Source: a candidate division FCPU426 bacterium
GTDB lineage: Bacteria > Oederibacteriota > Muellerivitia > Muellerivitales > Muellerivitaceae
Length of the DNA: 64,000 bases
Direction of reading: 5' to 3'
NCBI GenBank assembly: GCA_963719085.1
Contig: CAVRAL010000004.1
Span: 1,120,001-1,184,000, forward strand
How positions within the stretch are numbered: the stretch's first letter is position 1; each line of letters begins with the position of its first letter. Below, in pieces: positions 39,255-48,125 of this stretch. The position numbers and the translations under genes are program-made. Below the pieces are notes generated by a model that saw only the letters and a program-made list of their open reading frames with translations, was not told the origin of the DNA and ran no database searches.

Positions 39255-40135
39255 GCGCCCCCGCCCTCGTCCTTCAAACCCCCGCGAAGATCAATTGGGT
39301 CCTGGAAGTGCTGGGCAAGCGGGACGACGGTTTTCATGAGCTGGCCTTGGTTTTTCAGGCCGTCAGTCTTTGGGACGAACTTTCCTTTTATCCCCAAGAC
39401 CGGGGCCTGGAGTTGTCGATAGAGTCTTCCCCGGCGCCTTTGGAAGCCGATGATTCCAATTTGGTTTTAAAGGCGGCGCGGCTTTTTTTTGAGGCGGCCG
39501 GCATTCAGGCGGGAACGCGGATCGGGCTGAAAAAAAATATTCCCCTGGCCGCCGGGCTTGGCGGCGGGTCCAGCGACGCGGCGGCCACCCTTTGGGGGCT
39601 GAACCATCTTTACCAAACCCGGATGCCTTTGGAAAAACTTCAAGCTTTAGCCTCGCGGCTGGGGTCCGACGTTCCGTTCTTTTTGACCGGAGGCACGGCC
39701 TTAGGGACGGGCCGGGGGGAAATGATCGAGTCCTGGGAACCGGCGGCTGATTTTTCGCTCGTTTTGGTCAAACCCGAGGAAGGGCTTGCCACGCCGAAAG
39801 TTTACCAGTCAGGCAAGGCGGTCTTCACTCCGGGCGAAAAGGCCGGGAAATTAAAGCCCTTGCTTCAAACCCGTGACCCGCGGGCGGTGGCCCAGGGTCT
39901 TTTCAATGGGTTGGAGCCCGCCGCTTTTTCCTTGCTCCCGTTGGTCGAAAGCCTCAAGAATAGCCTGTTGAACGGGGGGGCTTTGGGCGCCCTGGTTTCG
40001 GGCAGCGGCCCGACGGTTTTTGCCCTGATGGAAAACGGCGAAGCCGCCCAAGCCTTGGCGAGAAAAATGAAGTCCCAGGCCGCCCATGTTTTTGCCGTCC
40101 AAACCGTTTCGGAAGGTCCCAGGATCCTCTCATGA
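39251..40135 (+). CDS. ispE: 4-diphosphocytidyl-2-C-methyl-D-erythritol kinase
   Basis: PAKIN, RDDGFHEL, IPLAAGLGGGSSDAAA, GSDVPFF, SGSGPTVF. Confidence 0.96.
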   Translation: MSAPALVLQTPAKINWVLEVLGKRDDGFHELALVFQAVSLWDELSFYPQDRGLELSIESSPAPLEADDSNLVLKAARLFFEAAGIQAGTRIGLKKNIPLAAGLGGGSSDAAATLWGLNHLYQTRMPLEKLQALASRLGSDVPFFLTGGTALGTGRGEMIESWEPAADFSLVLVKPEEGLATPKVYQSGKAVFTPGEKAGKLKPLLQTRDPRAVAQGLFNGLEPAAFSLLPLVESLKNSLLNGGALGALVSGSGPTVFALMENGEAAQALARKMKSQAAHVFAVQTVSEGPRILS

Positions 40136-41127
40136 AAAATAAAAAATCGAATTCCCCGGCGTCTAAAGGCTCCTGGCTCCCCAAAGTTTTGGGCTGGGTT
40201 GTTTTATTGGTTTTGGCTTGCTTCCTCGTTTTCATTTATTTCATCCTGCCGCCCAAGGTCGGGCAATCGATCGCCGACCGGGCCCAAATCCGAAAAGCCT
40301 TAACCCAAACGCCCAAGACGGACGGATTTCGTTATCAGGACGTCAGCTTCACCGCCTCCGACGGGGTGAGCCTCCAGGGCTGGTGGCTGCCCTCGGCGAA
40401 GAAAGGGAAACCCGAGGGAACGGTTATTCTTTCCCACGGGGTTTTTAAAAACCGGGAACAGGTCCTCAGCCGGGCGGAATTTTTAGCCAAGGCCGGCTAT
40501 CAGGTGCTTTTGTTCGACCTACGCGGCTGCGGGGAAAGCGGCAACAGCCCAGTTTCGGGCGGCCTTTTGGAAGCCAAGGATTACCTGGGCGCCTATGACA
40601 ATTTAGAGAAGACCCGCCGGCTTCAAAGCCCCGTGGTATTTTTCGGATTTTCCCTGGGCGCCATCGCGGCCTTGCGGGCGGGTCAACAGGAAGGGGATAA
40701 GATCCAAGCGATCATCGCGGACAGCCCCTTGCCCAACATTAAGGCCTATGTTTCCCGGCGCACCATGGGCGGCGGCTTTAGCGTTTTTCCGGGATTTCTC
40801 GGCCGTTGTTTAAAGGCCTACAACGCCTTAACCGGGCTTTCACTGACTCAAGAGGATTTGGACTTGTCGCCGGTGGTCAAGCAAATCACCCAAACCCCGG
40901 TGCTTTATATTGTGGGACAGAAGGATGACTTGGCCCGGCCCCCGGAAGTGCGGCAGTTGTTTGACTTAACGGCCGCCCGCCATCGCCGCCTGGATTACAT
41001 TCCGGACGCGGGGCATGACCAGACCTATTCCCAATACCCGGTGATTTATGAGCGGGGGGTCTTGGAGTTTTTGAACGATTTAAAAACGGGATTCCCCGAG
41101 CCGAAGCTTTCGGGCGCGGCGAACTGA
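40132..41127 (+). CDS. Membrane-anchored alpha/beta hydrolase
   Basis: N-terminal TM; SHG, FDLRGCGES, GFSLG nucleophile elbow, D and AGH. Confidence 0.85.
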   Translation: MKNKKSNSPASKGSWLPKVLGWVVLLVLACFLVFIYFILPPKVGQSIADRAQIRKALTQTPKTDGFRYQDVSFTASDGVSLQGWWLPSAKKGKPEGTVILSHGVFKNREQVLSRAEFLAKAGYQVLLFDLRGCGESGNSPVSGGLLEAKDYLGAYDNLEKTRRLQSPVVFFGFSLGAIAALRAGQQEGDKIQAIIADSPLPNIKAYVSRRTMGGGFSVFPGFLGRCLKAYNALTGLSLTQEDLDLSPVVKQITQTPVLYIVGQKDDLARPPEVRQLFDLTAARHRRLDYIPDAGHDQTYSQYPVIYERGVLEFLNDLKTGFPEPKLSGAAN

Positions 41128-41147
41128 AATAAACAAAAACGAATCAA

Positions 41148-41284
41148 TTTCACCACGAAGTTCACCAAGTACACGAAGTTAAACATGAAATAATCCGACT
41201 AGCCCCATTTTCGGGGTCTTGAAGAAGATTTCGACTGAAAATAAGATTTCTTCACTTCGTGAACTTAGTGCACTTCGTGGTAAA
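41148..41284. repeat. Palindromic repeat, CACGAAG family
   Basis: ACCACGAAGTTCACCAAGTACACGAAGT ... ACTTCGTGAACTTAGTGCACTTCGTGGT. Confidence 0.85.
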
Positions 41285-41289
41285 TGGGC

Positions 41290-41670
41290 TTAAGGTTCCT
41301 TTTTCTTGAACCGCATGGCGGACCAGTCCTCGTTAAGCGAAACCAGCGATACCCCGTCCAGCCCATGTTTCGCCATCAAGGCGTGTCCCGTATCCCGGTT
41401 GTAATCCGACTTATATTTTTTGGAAGTTCCCTTCGGATAAGCTACCCAGAGCACGGTTTTTTCGTTCAATAACTTCGGCAGGATTTTCGCCAGTTTTTCC
41501 CCTTCGCCGAGCGATTTCACAAAACAAAGGGCGAAACCATATTGGCCCTGGGGCGCGGTATGGACCTTGACGCCAAAAGCTTTCGACAGGAGTTTGAGCT
41601 CGGCCGGCAGGCCCAAGAGCAAAACCGGTTGCTGACCTTTGAAAAAAAGCTTTTTGAGGATGGGGTTCAT
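41290..41670 (-). CDS. Hypothetical protein (DUF3052-like)
   Basis: LWVAYPKGTSK..SDYNRD, VSLNEDWSAMRF motif. Confidence 0.75.
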   Translation of the reverse strand: MNPILKKLFFKGQQPVLLLGLPAELKLLSKAFGVKVHTAPQGQYGFALCFVKSLGEGEKLAKILPKLLNEKTVLWVAYPKGTSKKYKSDYNRDTGHALMAKHGLDGVSLVSLNEDWSAMRFKKKEP

Positions 41671-41749
41671 TATTCAACACATCCGATGTCCCATCGAGAG
41701 CCCTTGAATGGCTCAAACCCGATGGGATTTCGGGTGCTCCTTTTTCTTG

Positions 41750-41956
41750 TTATTCGACGCACCCAATAAAGTAATGGCATTGATAGCAGACGATCTTGCA
41801 TTTTTTGGTGACCATGGCGTGGCCGCATTGGGGGCAGGTGTAAAAGAGTTCCTCGGCTTCATTGACGATGACGTTATTTTTAACCATCCGGCCAAAGTCT
41901 AAAAGCGATGGCAAGGGCGTGATGATGGGTTTCAAGTCGGCGTTTTTTTCGTCCAT
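41750..41956 (-). CDS. Small cysteine-rich zinc-finger protein
   Basis: CPQCG-x6-CKIVCYQC-x5-C. Confidence 0.55.
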   Translation of the reverse strand: MDEKNADLKPIITPLPSLLDFGRMVKNNVIVNEAEELFYTCPQCGHAMVTKKCKIVCYQCHYFIGCVE

Positions 41957-42093
41957 AAAACCAGCCTATCACGCCGCTTTTGTCGCCTCAATGCCGATTT
42001 GTTCCCGCCGTTTGTGCTTGATTCAGGCCCTCGGGCGAATTAAATTACACCCCTGCTTTCAGTAGGTCTTCCTTAATTCAGCCTATTCCTGAT

Positions 42094-42168
42094 TGGGGCG
42101 TCGACAAGCGGTAAGTCACCAGATTTTGGATCTGGCATTCGTAGGTTCGAATCCTACCGCCCCAGCCA
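42094..42168 (+). tRNA. tRNA-Gln (UUG)
   Basis: Acceptor TGGGGCG/CGCCCCA; anticodon arm CCAGA-TTTTGGA-TCTGG; GGTTCGAATCC T arm; encoded CCA. Confidence 0.96.
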
Positions 42169-42207
42169 TTAAAGCCCATCCTCATAGAATTGAGGATGGG
42201 CTTTAAT
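42169..42207. terminator. Hairpin terminator after the tRNA (shared with convergent OYE gene)
   Basis: TTAAAGCCCATCCTCA-loop-TGAGGATGGGCTTTAA. Confidence 0.75.
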
Positions 42208-42247
42208 GTTTGTGAGAGGCTGCTTTTTTTCATCCACACCGCGCTTC

Positions 42248-43348
42248 TTACCCCAAACGAGGGTAATCCGTATAGCCCTTCTCGTCGCCGCCGTAAAAAG
42301 TCGCGGGGTTGGGCGGATTGAGCCCTTCGACGGGGTTCAGGGTGCTGGCCGCTATGCGCTTGAACCGCTCGGGTAAATCGGGATTCGCCAAGAAGAGGGT
42401 CCCGTAGCACACCAAGTCGGCGCCGCCCTTTTCCACAATCGCTTCACCCGAGGCCAGGTCAAAGCCCTGGTTCACCATATAGGCTTGGTGGAAGACCGAA
42501 CGCAAGAGCGGCGTTAAGAGGGCGGTTCCGGCGGGGAGCTTTTTCGCGTCGGCGGGTCCTTCCTTCACGCAAAGATAGGCCAGCTTGCGCTTATCCAGTT
42601 CCTTCGCCAAGGCGGTGTAGGTTTCCACCGGATGGGCGTCGGACATGGAGTAGTAATCAAAATAAGGGGACACGCGGTATCCGACCCGCTCCGGGCCCCA
42701 GACACCGACGATGGCGTCGACGACTTCCAGGGGGAAGCGCAGGCGGTTTTCCAGGCTGCCGCCGTAAGCGTCGGCGCGGTGGTTGGAGCCGCTCTTGGTG
42801 AATTGTTCCAGCAGGTAGCCGTTGGCCCCGTGGATTTCCACGCCGTCAAAGCCCGCCGCCATGGCGTTTTCCGCGCCCTTTTTGAATTGGGCGACCACTT
42901 CGGGGATTTCCGAAAGTTCCAGGGCCCGGGGGGTCACAATATTTTTTTGTTCGCCTTGGGGCGTGTGCAGCTGCCCGGCCACGGGAAGCGCCGAGGCGGA
43001 TACGGGAAGTTTTCCGCCGTGATAGTCGGGAAGCGAGACCCGGCCCACATGCCAGAGCTGCAAAAATATTTTGCCGCCGGCTTGGTGGACCGCGTCGGTC
43101 ACCTTGATCCAGCCTTTGACCTGCTCGTCCGAATAGATGCCCGGGGTGTTGGGGTAGCCCTGGCCCATGGGAGTGACCTGGGTGGCTTCGGTCACGATGA
43201 GCCCGGCCGAGGCCCTTTGGGCGTAGTAAACGGCCGCCAGGGGGTTGGGCACATTGCCTTCCACGGCCCGGCAGCGCGTCAGCGCGGACATCGCCATTCG
43301 ATTGGATAATTCCATCGCGCCCAGCTTAAAAGGGGATAACAGTTTCAT
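42248..43348 (-). CDS. Old yellow enzyme family alkene reductase (NemA-like)
   Basis: LTRCRA, YYAQRASAGLI, QLWHVGR, EIHGANGYL, ANPDLPER, GYTDYP. Confidence 0.93.
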   Translation of the reverse strand: MKLLSPFKLGAMELSNRMAMSALTRCRAVEGNVPNPLAAVYYAQRASAGLIVTEATQVTPMGQGYPNTPGIYSDEQVKGWIKVTDAVHQAGGKIFLQLWHVGRVSLPDYHGGKLPVSASALPVAGQLHTPQGEQKNIVTPRALELSEIPEVVAQFKKGAENAMAAGFDGVEIHGANGYLLEQFTKSGSNHRADAYGGSLENRLRFPLEVVDAIVGVWGPERVGYRVSPYFDYYSMSDAHPVETYTALAKELDKRKLAYLCVKEGPADAKKLPAGTALLTPLLRSVFHQAYMVNQGFDLASGEAIVEKGGADLVCYGTLFLANPDLPERFKRIAASTLNPVEGLNPPNPATFYGGDEKGYTDYPRLG

Positions 43349-43490
43349 GAAAGCTCCTAGGAGAAGAATGATTGAGAGGGCTTTTATACATCGATGATTC
43401 AAAGGATAGATAGCGGGGCAATAAAAAAAATAAAAGTGTGGTTACTTTCGGGTGACTGGTTGTTAGGGCGTCCATTTCGGACCAGGAAAT

Positions 43491-43523
43491 AAAAAAGCCC
43501 GCCCCGATACCGGGACGGGCTTT
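43491..43523 (-). terminator. Intrinsic terminator of the 43538-44005 gene
   Basis: AAAAAAGCCCGCCCCG..CGGGACGGGCTTT. Confidence 0.7.
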
Positions 43524-43537
43524 AAGATCGCTGAAAA

Positions 43538-44005
43538 TCAGTTTGAAGCGTCGCTGTCCGCGTCAGCCGAGTCGTCCGCGCTGGGGGTGGAAGCGGCCCC
43601 CGCGCCGGGGGTGGCTGAAGGCGCCGCCCCGCCATGTTTGGCGGCGTAAATGGCTTTGGAATTGTCATTGAGCATTTGAACCAGCTGGGTGAGCTGGTCG
43701 TCGGTCAATTCCCTTTTGCCGTTTTGCTCGATATCGGTTTTTTTCTGGACATGGATCGCCTTGACCTGCTCCCATAAGGGCTTGGCTGATTCTTTGGTCA
43801 GGGTGCCGGCTTTGACCCCTTCCTTGATGCGGGCGCTTTGTTCCAGCAGGCGTTGATTGATCAATTTGACCCGGGGATCCGCGACGCCGTTGAGCCCAAC
43901 GGTCGATTCGGTCGCCGCCGGGGCGGGTGTGGCGTCCTGAGCCATGGCCATCGAACCGGATCCCGCCGCTAATAGGAACAAAAACAAACCTAAATATTTT
44001 CTCAT
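43538..44005 (-). CDS. Exported helical hypothetical protein
   Basis: GAGGGAGG SD; signal peptide (AMA-Q); RIKEGVKAGTLT helical motif. Confidence 0.75.
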   Translation of the reverse strand: MRKYLGLFLFLLAAGSGSMAMAQDATPAPAATESTVGLNGVADPRVKLINQRLLEQSARIKEGVKAGTLTKESAKPLWEQVKAIHVQKKTDIEQNGKRELTDDQLTQLVQMLNDNSKAIYAAKHGGAAPSATPGAGAASTPSADDSADADSDASN

Positions 44006-44118
44006 AAATCCTCCCTCATTTTTAACGGCTCTTGAAAAAGCCGTTTTTCGCGTCTGGAATTAGACGGTCTGAGATGAGGAAAAGTTTTTGGGAAAGGGTT
44101 TAAAACCCCGCGGGAGGG

Positions 44119-44481
44119 CTACGAAACCAGCGCGAAAGACAAATCGAGCATCTTTCGAATCAGGCTTGGAGGCAAAGACCCATCCAAAAGAACCGTATTC
44201 CAGTGTTTCTTATTCATGTGGTAGCCGGGTTCAATGGAATGGGGGTATTGTTTCCGGAGCGTGAGGGCCCAATGGGGGTCGCATTTGAGGTTGCTCGACC
44301 AGTGTGCGCCATCGGGCGAGAGCGTCGCGAACATCTTGCCCCTCTTGGTTTTATAAACGGCTACCTGTGGCCCAAAGGGAAAAGTTTCCCGGGCTCCGGG
44401 TTTTGAGAGAAAAAGCTTCCGGTATTTGCGGAAGGGCCTTCCCGTGAATAAAGGCGCTGAGATCGGTTCTTTTCGCGTCAT
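44119..44481 (-). CDS. MmcQ/YjbR family protein
   Basis: FPFG, GKMFA, NLKCDP, PGYHMNKKHWNTV. Confidence 0.9.
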   Translation of the reverse strand: MTRKEPISAPLFTGRPFRKYRKLFLSKPGARETFPFGPQVAVYKTKRGKMFATLSPDGAHWSSNLKCDPHWALTLRKQYPHSIEPGYHMNKKHWNTVLLDGSLPPSLIRKMLDLSFALVS

Positions 44482-44501
44482 AAACTCCTTGAGGGGGACG
44501 G

Positions 44502-45347
44502 CTAAAAATCCAACAGTTCACCGACCCGAGGTGACCAATCCACGCGTACATAGGTGATCCGGTCCAATGGTTCGCCGACCAGTCTGGCGCGCTTGTCGTT
44601 TTTTTTCGCTAAAGCGAGATTTTTCCCGGGGACGCCGTCCTCGTCGAAAAAATTGACGGACCAATTCAAAAGAAAGGTTTTTTGATCCGGTGTTTCCACC
44701 GCGGTGGGCGCGCTGCCGGGTTTGGTTTCGCGGGAAAGACAGGAGGATCGGCGAACGAACCGGGGAAGGGCGAAATCCGAGGGCTCAAGTTCGGCGATTT
44801 CGTCCGGCCATACCAGGCTTCCCGGGTCCTCAGCCAAGGGCGGCTCGGAGCTGAAAACAATTAAACAGCGGTCGATCTTTTTTCCCTGGCGGGTTTGAAT
44901 CCGGCAGGGCACCTCGGCGTATTGAGGATCATTTGAAAGTTGATGGGCGGGGGTGGCTCCAATGAGCTTGGCCTTAAGCCAATGGGAATCCGACAGCGTT
45001 TGAGGTGAGGCGCCCCAACGTTCCAGCAAGCCGGCTTTCTCAGGCGAAACGACGGTCATCAGTTCGCCCGCGGCGTCCAGGTACCAGGCTTGGGCGCATC
45101 GCGGGCATTGATAAAGCGAGCCCCGCCGAAAGGCCTTTTTTCTTAAAAGCGTCCGGGTATAGCGGCCCCAATCGCCTTGGGGTTCGGATAAGGCCAGCTG
45201 CCAATTGAATTGAATGGTTTGCCAGCCGCCATCGCAAGCGGGACAGGCTCCGGGAGTCCTGTCGCCGGTTTTGGTTTCGGGGATCGAAGGCCGTTTGTCG
45301 AAGCGCAAAGTTTTTCCTTTTTTAAGAAACGGCGGAAGCGTCCCCAT
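44502..45347 (-). CDS. Hypothetical protein with two CxxC motifs
   Basis: CPAC and CPRC; 281-codon ORF co-oriented with the mmcQ-like gene. Confidence 0.6.
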   Translation of the reverse strand: MGTLPPFLKKGKTLRFDKRPSIPETKTGDRTPGACPACDGGWQTIQFNWQLALSEPQGDWGRYTRTLLRKKAFRRGSLYQCPRCAQAWYLDAAGELMTVVSPEKAGLLERWGASPQTLSDSHWLKAKLIGATPAHQLSNDPQYAEVPCRIQTRQGKKIDRCLIVFSSEPPLAEDPGSLVWPDEIAELEPSDFALPRFVRRSSCLSRETKPGSAPTAVETPDQKTFLLNWSVNFFDEDGVPGKNLALAKKNDKRARLVGEPLDRITYVRVDWSPRVGELLDF

Positions 45348-45542
45348 TCTTTCACCGGTGGGGCCCGGGGAAAATCAAAAAAATAAGTAAATCGGTCAAC
45401 CCGGATTCTTTTAACGAAAAACCTGCCCTGGTTTTGGCGACCTTGAGTGGTGGTTTGGCGGAAATTTGGTAATCTTAATGGGGGTCAAGGCTTTATCTCG
45501 GCGCCCGGCGAAATTTTTCATTACGACAAGAATAAGGACTCC

Positions 45543-46016
45543 ATGAGCGAACGGACGGGTTGGCTGGAAAAATGGGTGGGTGGCCGGGTCGCTTCGATCG
45601 TGGAAGTGAAATATCACCGGGTTCAAGTCAAAAAAACACGCCGCAAAAAAGCCGGCGGCCCCCTGCCCGCGGAGCGCCAAGCCGAGCATTATTACATCCT
45701 CGATAAAAAGGTCCATTTGGGCCACCTGACCCTCACGGGGAACAGCGTTTTTGGGAAGAATGAGTTGTTGGAAGTGGGCCTGCCCGTACCCCAGTTTCAA
45801 ACCCAGCTGAGGCTTTTAGGCAAAGCCGTCGACACCACGACCTTTCTGGAACATAAGCGGGTGGTTTTTCGGGCCCAGGTCCATTTTTCCGCGGTGAACA
45901 AGGAGGATTTTCAACGATTAGTCGCCATGGCGGAACGCCGCTTGAAATTGATGGGTCCGCCTCCAACCCTTTCCCAGCATCCCGCCCACCGAAAGATGAC
46001 CTTCCAGAGGACCTGA
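45543..46016 (+). CDS. Hypothetical protein (weakly PilZ-like C-terminal half)
   Basis: TAAGGA SD before ATG 45543; heads a co-oriented three-gene run. Confidence 0.5.
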   Translation: MSERTGWLEKWVGGRVASIVEVKYHRVQVKKTRRKKAGGPLPAERQAEHYYILDKKVHLGHLTLTGNSVFGKNELLEVGLPVPQFQTQLRLLGKAVDTTTFLEHKRVVFRAQVHFSAVNKEDFQRLVAMAERRLKLMGPPPTLSQHPAHRKMTFQRT

Positions 46017-46027
46017 TTTTCCGATCC

Positions 46028-46624
46028 ATGTTAAAATCCGGCCCTATGCCAGCTTCCGCCCCCATTCCGGTTTTTACCGACCTTCAGGTTCAACAAGCGG
46101 TTGAAAAAATCGCGCTGGAAACCGCCGCTTGGCTGGAAAATGTCTCGTCCCCCCAATTAAATCTTTTATCCATCCTGGAAGGCGCCCGGCCCCTGGCCCG
46201 GGACCTGACCCGAAACCTTCAGCGCTTGAACCCCGCGATTAAGATTCAACAACATTCCATCCGGGTCCGGGCCACGGAAGGCTCCCAGCTGATGGAAAGT
46301 CGGAAATTTTTGGACGAGGGCGTGGAATGGGACGCTTTAAGCCGATCCCCGGTTTTGATTGTGGATGATCTTTTGGATTCGGGTAAAACGCTTCAAACCG
46401 TCGGCCAAAAGATCGGGACGCGCGCGGAGTTTAAAACGGCCGTGTTGATTCAAAAATATTCCGAGGCCCCCGTGCGGGCGGACTTTCGGGGGCTTCAACT
46501 GGGACTGCGCCGGGAGGATTTGGCGGCCAAGGGTTTGAGGGATTATTGGCTTTACGGTTATGGAATGGATTTGGACGGGAAATTCCGGGATTTAAATTAC
46601 GTGGCTTGGGTGGAAGTGCGGTGA
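46028..46624 (+). CDS. Type I phosphoribosyltransferase (hypoxanthine PRT-like)
   Basis: VLIVDDLLDSGKT PRPP loop; YGYGMD..GKFRDL. Confidence 0.8.
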   Translation: MLKSGPMPASAPIPVFTDLQVQQAVEKIALETAAWLENVSSPQLNLLSILEGARPLARDLTRNLQRLNPAIKIQQHSIRVRATEGSQLMESRKFLDEGVEWDALSRSPVLIVDDLLDSGKTLQTVGQKIGTRAEFKTAVLIQKYSEAPVRADFRGLQLGLRREDLAAKGLRDYWLYGYGMDLDGKFRDLNYVAWVEVR

Positions 46625-47838
46625 GCGGCGAAACCGAAGTTTTGGTGGTGGGGGCGGGGCCGACCGGGCTTACCGCCGCTGCGGCGTTGAGCCGTTGGGG
46701 CGTCAAGGCGCGCGTCATCGATCAAGCGCCGGCACCGAGCGATCAATCCAAGGCCCTCGGCGTTCAGCCCGGCACCCTGGAGTGCCTGCGGGATGTTTTT
46801 GGGGCGCGGCTCCCGGCCCAAATGATCCAAGAAGGTTTTCCCGTGAAGGCTTTTCATTTGCGGGTCGAGGGCCAAAGGACCCTGGACATCGACACCAGCG
46901 TCATTCCCAGCGCTTATAACTTCATCCTGGTTTTGGAGCAAAGTAAAACCGAGAGGCTTTTGGCCGAGGTCCTCAGCGGCGAATCCATTCCCGTGGAGCG
47001 CTCCCGCGCGCTTCTGGAAACCCGCGAGGAAGGGAACGGAGTGTTGTCCCGAACGCGAAAAAGCGATGGAACGGAAGAGGTGATCCGGTCCCAATTTGTG
47101 CTGGGCTGTGACGGCGCCCACAGCCTGGTACGGCATCAGGCGGGAATCGATTTTCAAGGAAAACCCTATTCGGCGGATTTCATCTTGGGCGATGTGCGGC
47201 TGGAATGGGCCTGCCCGGACGGGGAAATCCAAATTTTTTTGGGAAACCGGGGCGTGGCGGCGGCTTTTCCCATTAAGGGCGACCACCGGTTCCGCTTTAT
47301 TTTGATTCCGAAGGAAAAAACGGCGGTTGAATCCCTGGCGATTTCCCCGGAAGAATTTAACCGGACCGCCCGAGGCCTTTGTCCCCTGCCTTTGAAAATG
47401 CTGGAACCGATTTGGCTCACCCGGTTCCGGGTCCATCATCGGCGCGCGAAACGGTTTCAAAAAGGACGGCTTTTTCTTTTGGGGGACGCGGCGCATATCC
47501 ACAGTCCCATCGGGGGACAGGGCATGAACACGGGCATTCAGGACGCGGTGAACTTGAGTTTTAAAGTCGCCCGGGTTTTGCGCCACGGGGCGCCGCTGGA
47601 AAGCTTGAATGGGTACGAAGCCGAGCGGGTTCCGGTGGCGGACGCCATCCTAAAAAATACCGACGCCGCCACCCGGACGATTCTTTTGGGGGAGAATCCT
47701 TTTTTACAAAAGATGGCTTTTTATTTGGCGCCGCGATTGGGAAGGCTTCCATTTCTCCAAAAGAAAATACTGCGAGGTATTTCCCAGATTGAGGTGGCCC
47801 GCCGCGAGATCGCCCAACGCCGGCGGTTCAGCGAATAA
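46621..47838 (+). CDS. FAD-dependent monooxygenase
   Basis: VVGAGPTGL, GCDGAHS, LGDAAHIHSPIGGQGMNTGIQDA; GTG overlapping previous stop. Confidence 0.9.
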   Translation: MSGETEVLVVGAGPTGLTAAAALSRWGVKARVIDQAPAPSDQSKALGVQPGTLECLRDVFGARLPAQMIQEGFPVKAFHLRVEGQRTLDIDTSVIPSAYNFILVLEQSKTERLLAEVLSGESIPVERSRALLETREEGNGVLSRTRKSDGTEEVIRSQFVLGCDGAHSLVRHQAGIDFQGKPYSADFILGDVRLEWACPDGEIQIFLGNRGVAAAFPIKGDHRFRFILIPKEKTAVESLAISPEEFNRTARGLCPLPLKMLEPIWLTRFRVHHRRAKRFQKGRLFLLGDAAHIHSPIGGQGMNTGIQDAVNLSFKVARVLRHGAPLESLNGYEAERVPVADAILKNTDAATRTILLGENPFLQKMAFYLAPRLGRLPFLQKKILRGISQIEVARREIAQRRRFSE

Positions 47839-47898
47839 AAAGCCTCCGTGGCTTAGAGCGCCTGAACTCCCGGTTTATTCCCCAAAATAATTTCAAAC

Positions 47899-47925
47899 GA
47901 GCCCGGGCGGGATTTGGGCTTTTTT
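47899..47925 (+). terminator. Intrinsic terminator
   Basis: AGCCCGG..TTGGGCT + T tract. Confidence 0.55.
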
Positions 47926-48125
47926 ATTAACACGTGAAATTGTCAAACAAGATCGATAAACCATTCGGGCGGTGAGCCGAAATCCTTTTCCCTAAATAGG
48001 CGCCAGTTTCATTGTCAGTGACCTGAAAGAGGGGTTAAATAGACGGCAAGGGTTAAAGGGCGGATAAATTCAAAAGTCCCGAAACCCAAATTTTCAACGG
48101 TCAGCTAAAATCGTTTGGAGCCGAG

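Noticed and set aside
47930..48125. Possible c-di-GMP or other riboswitch before the large surface protein
   Set aside because: No convincing GEMM (GGCAAA..GACGCAAAG) or other known aptamer motif seen by eye; an Rfam scan would settle it.
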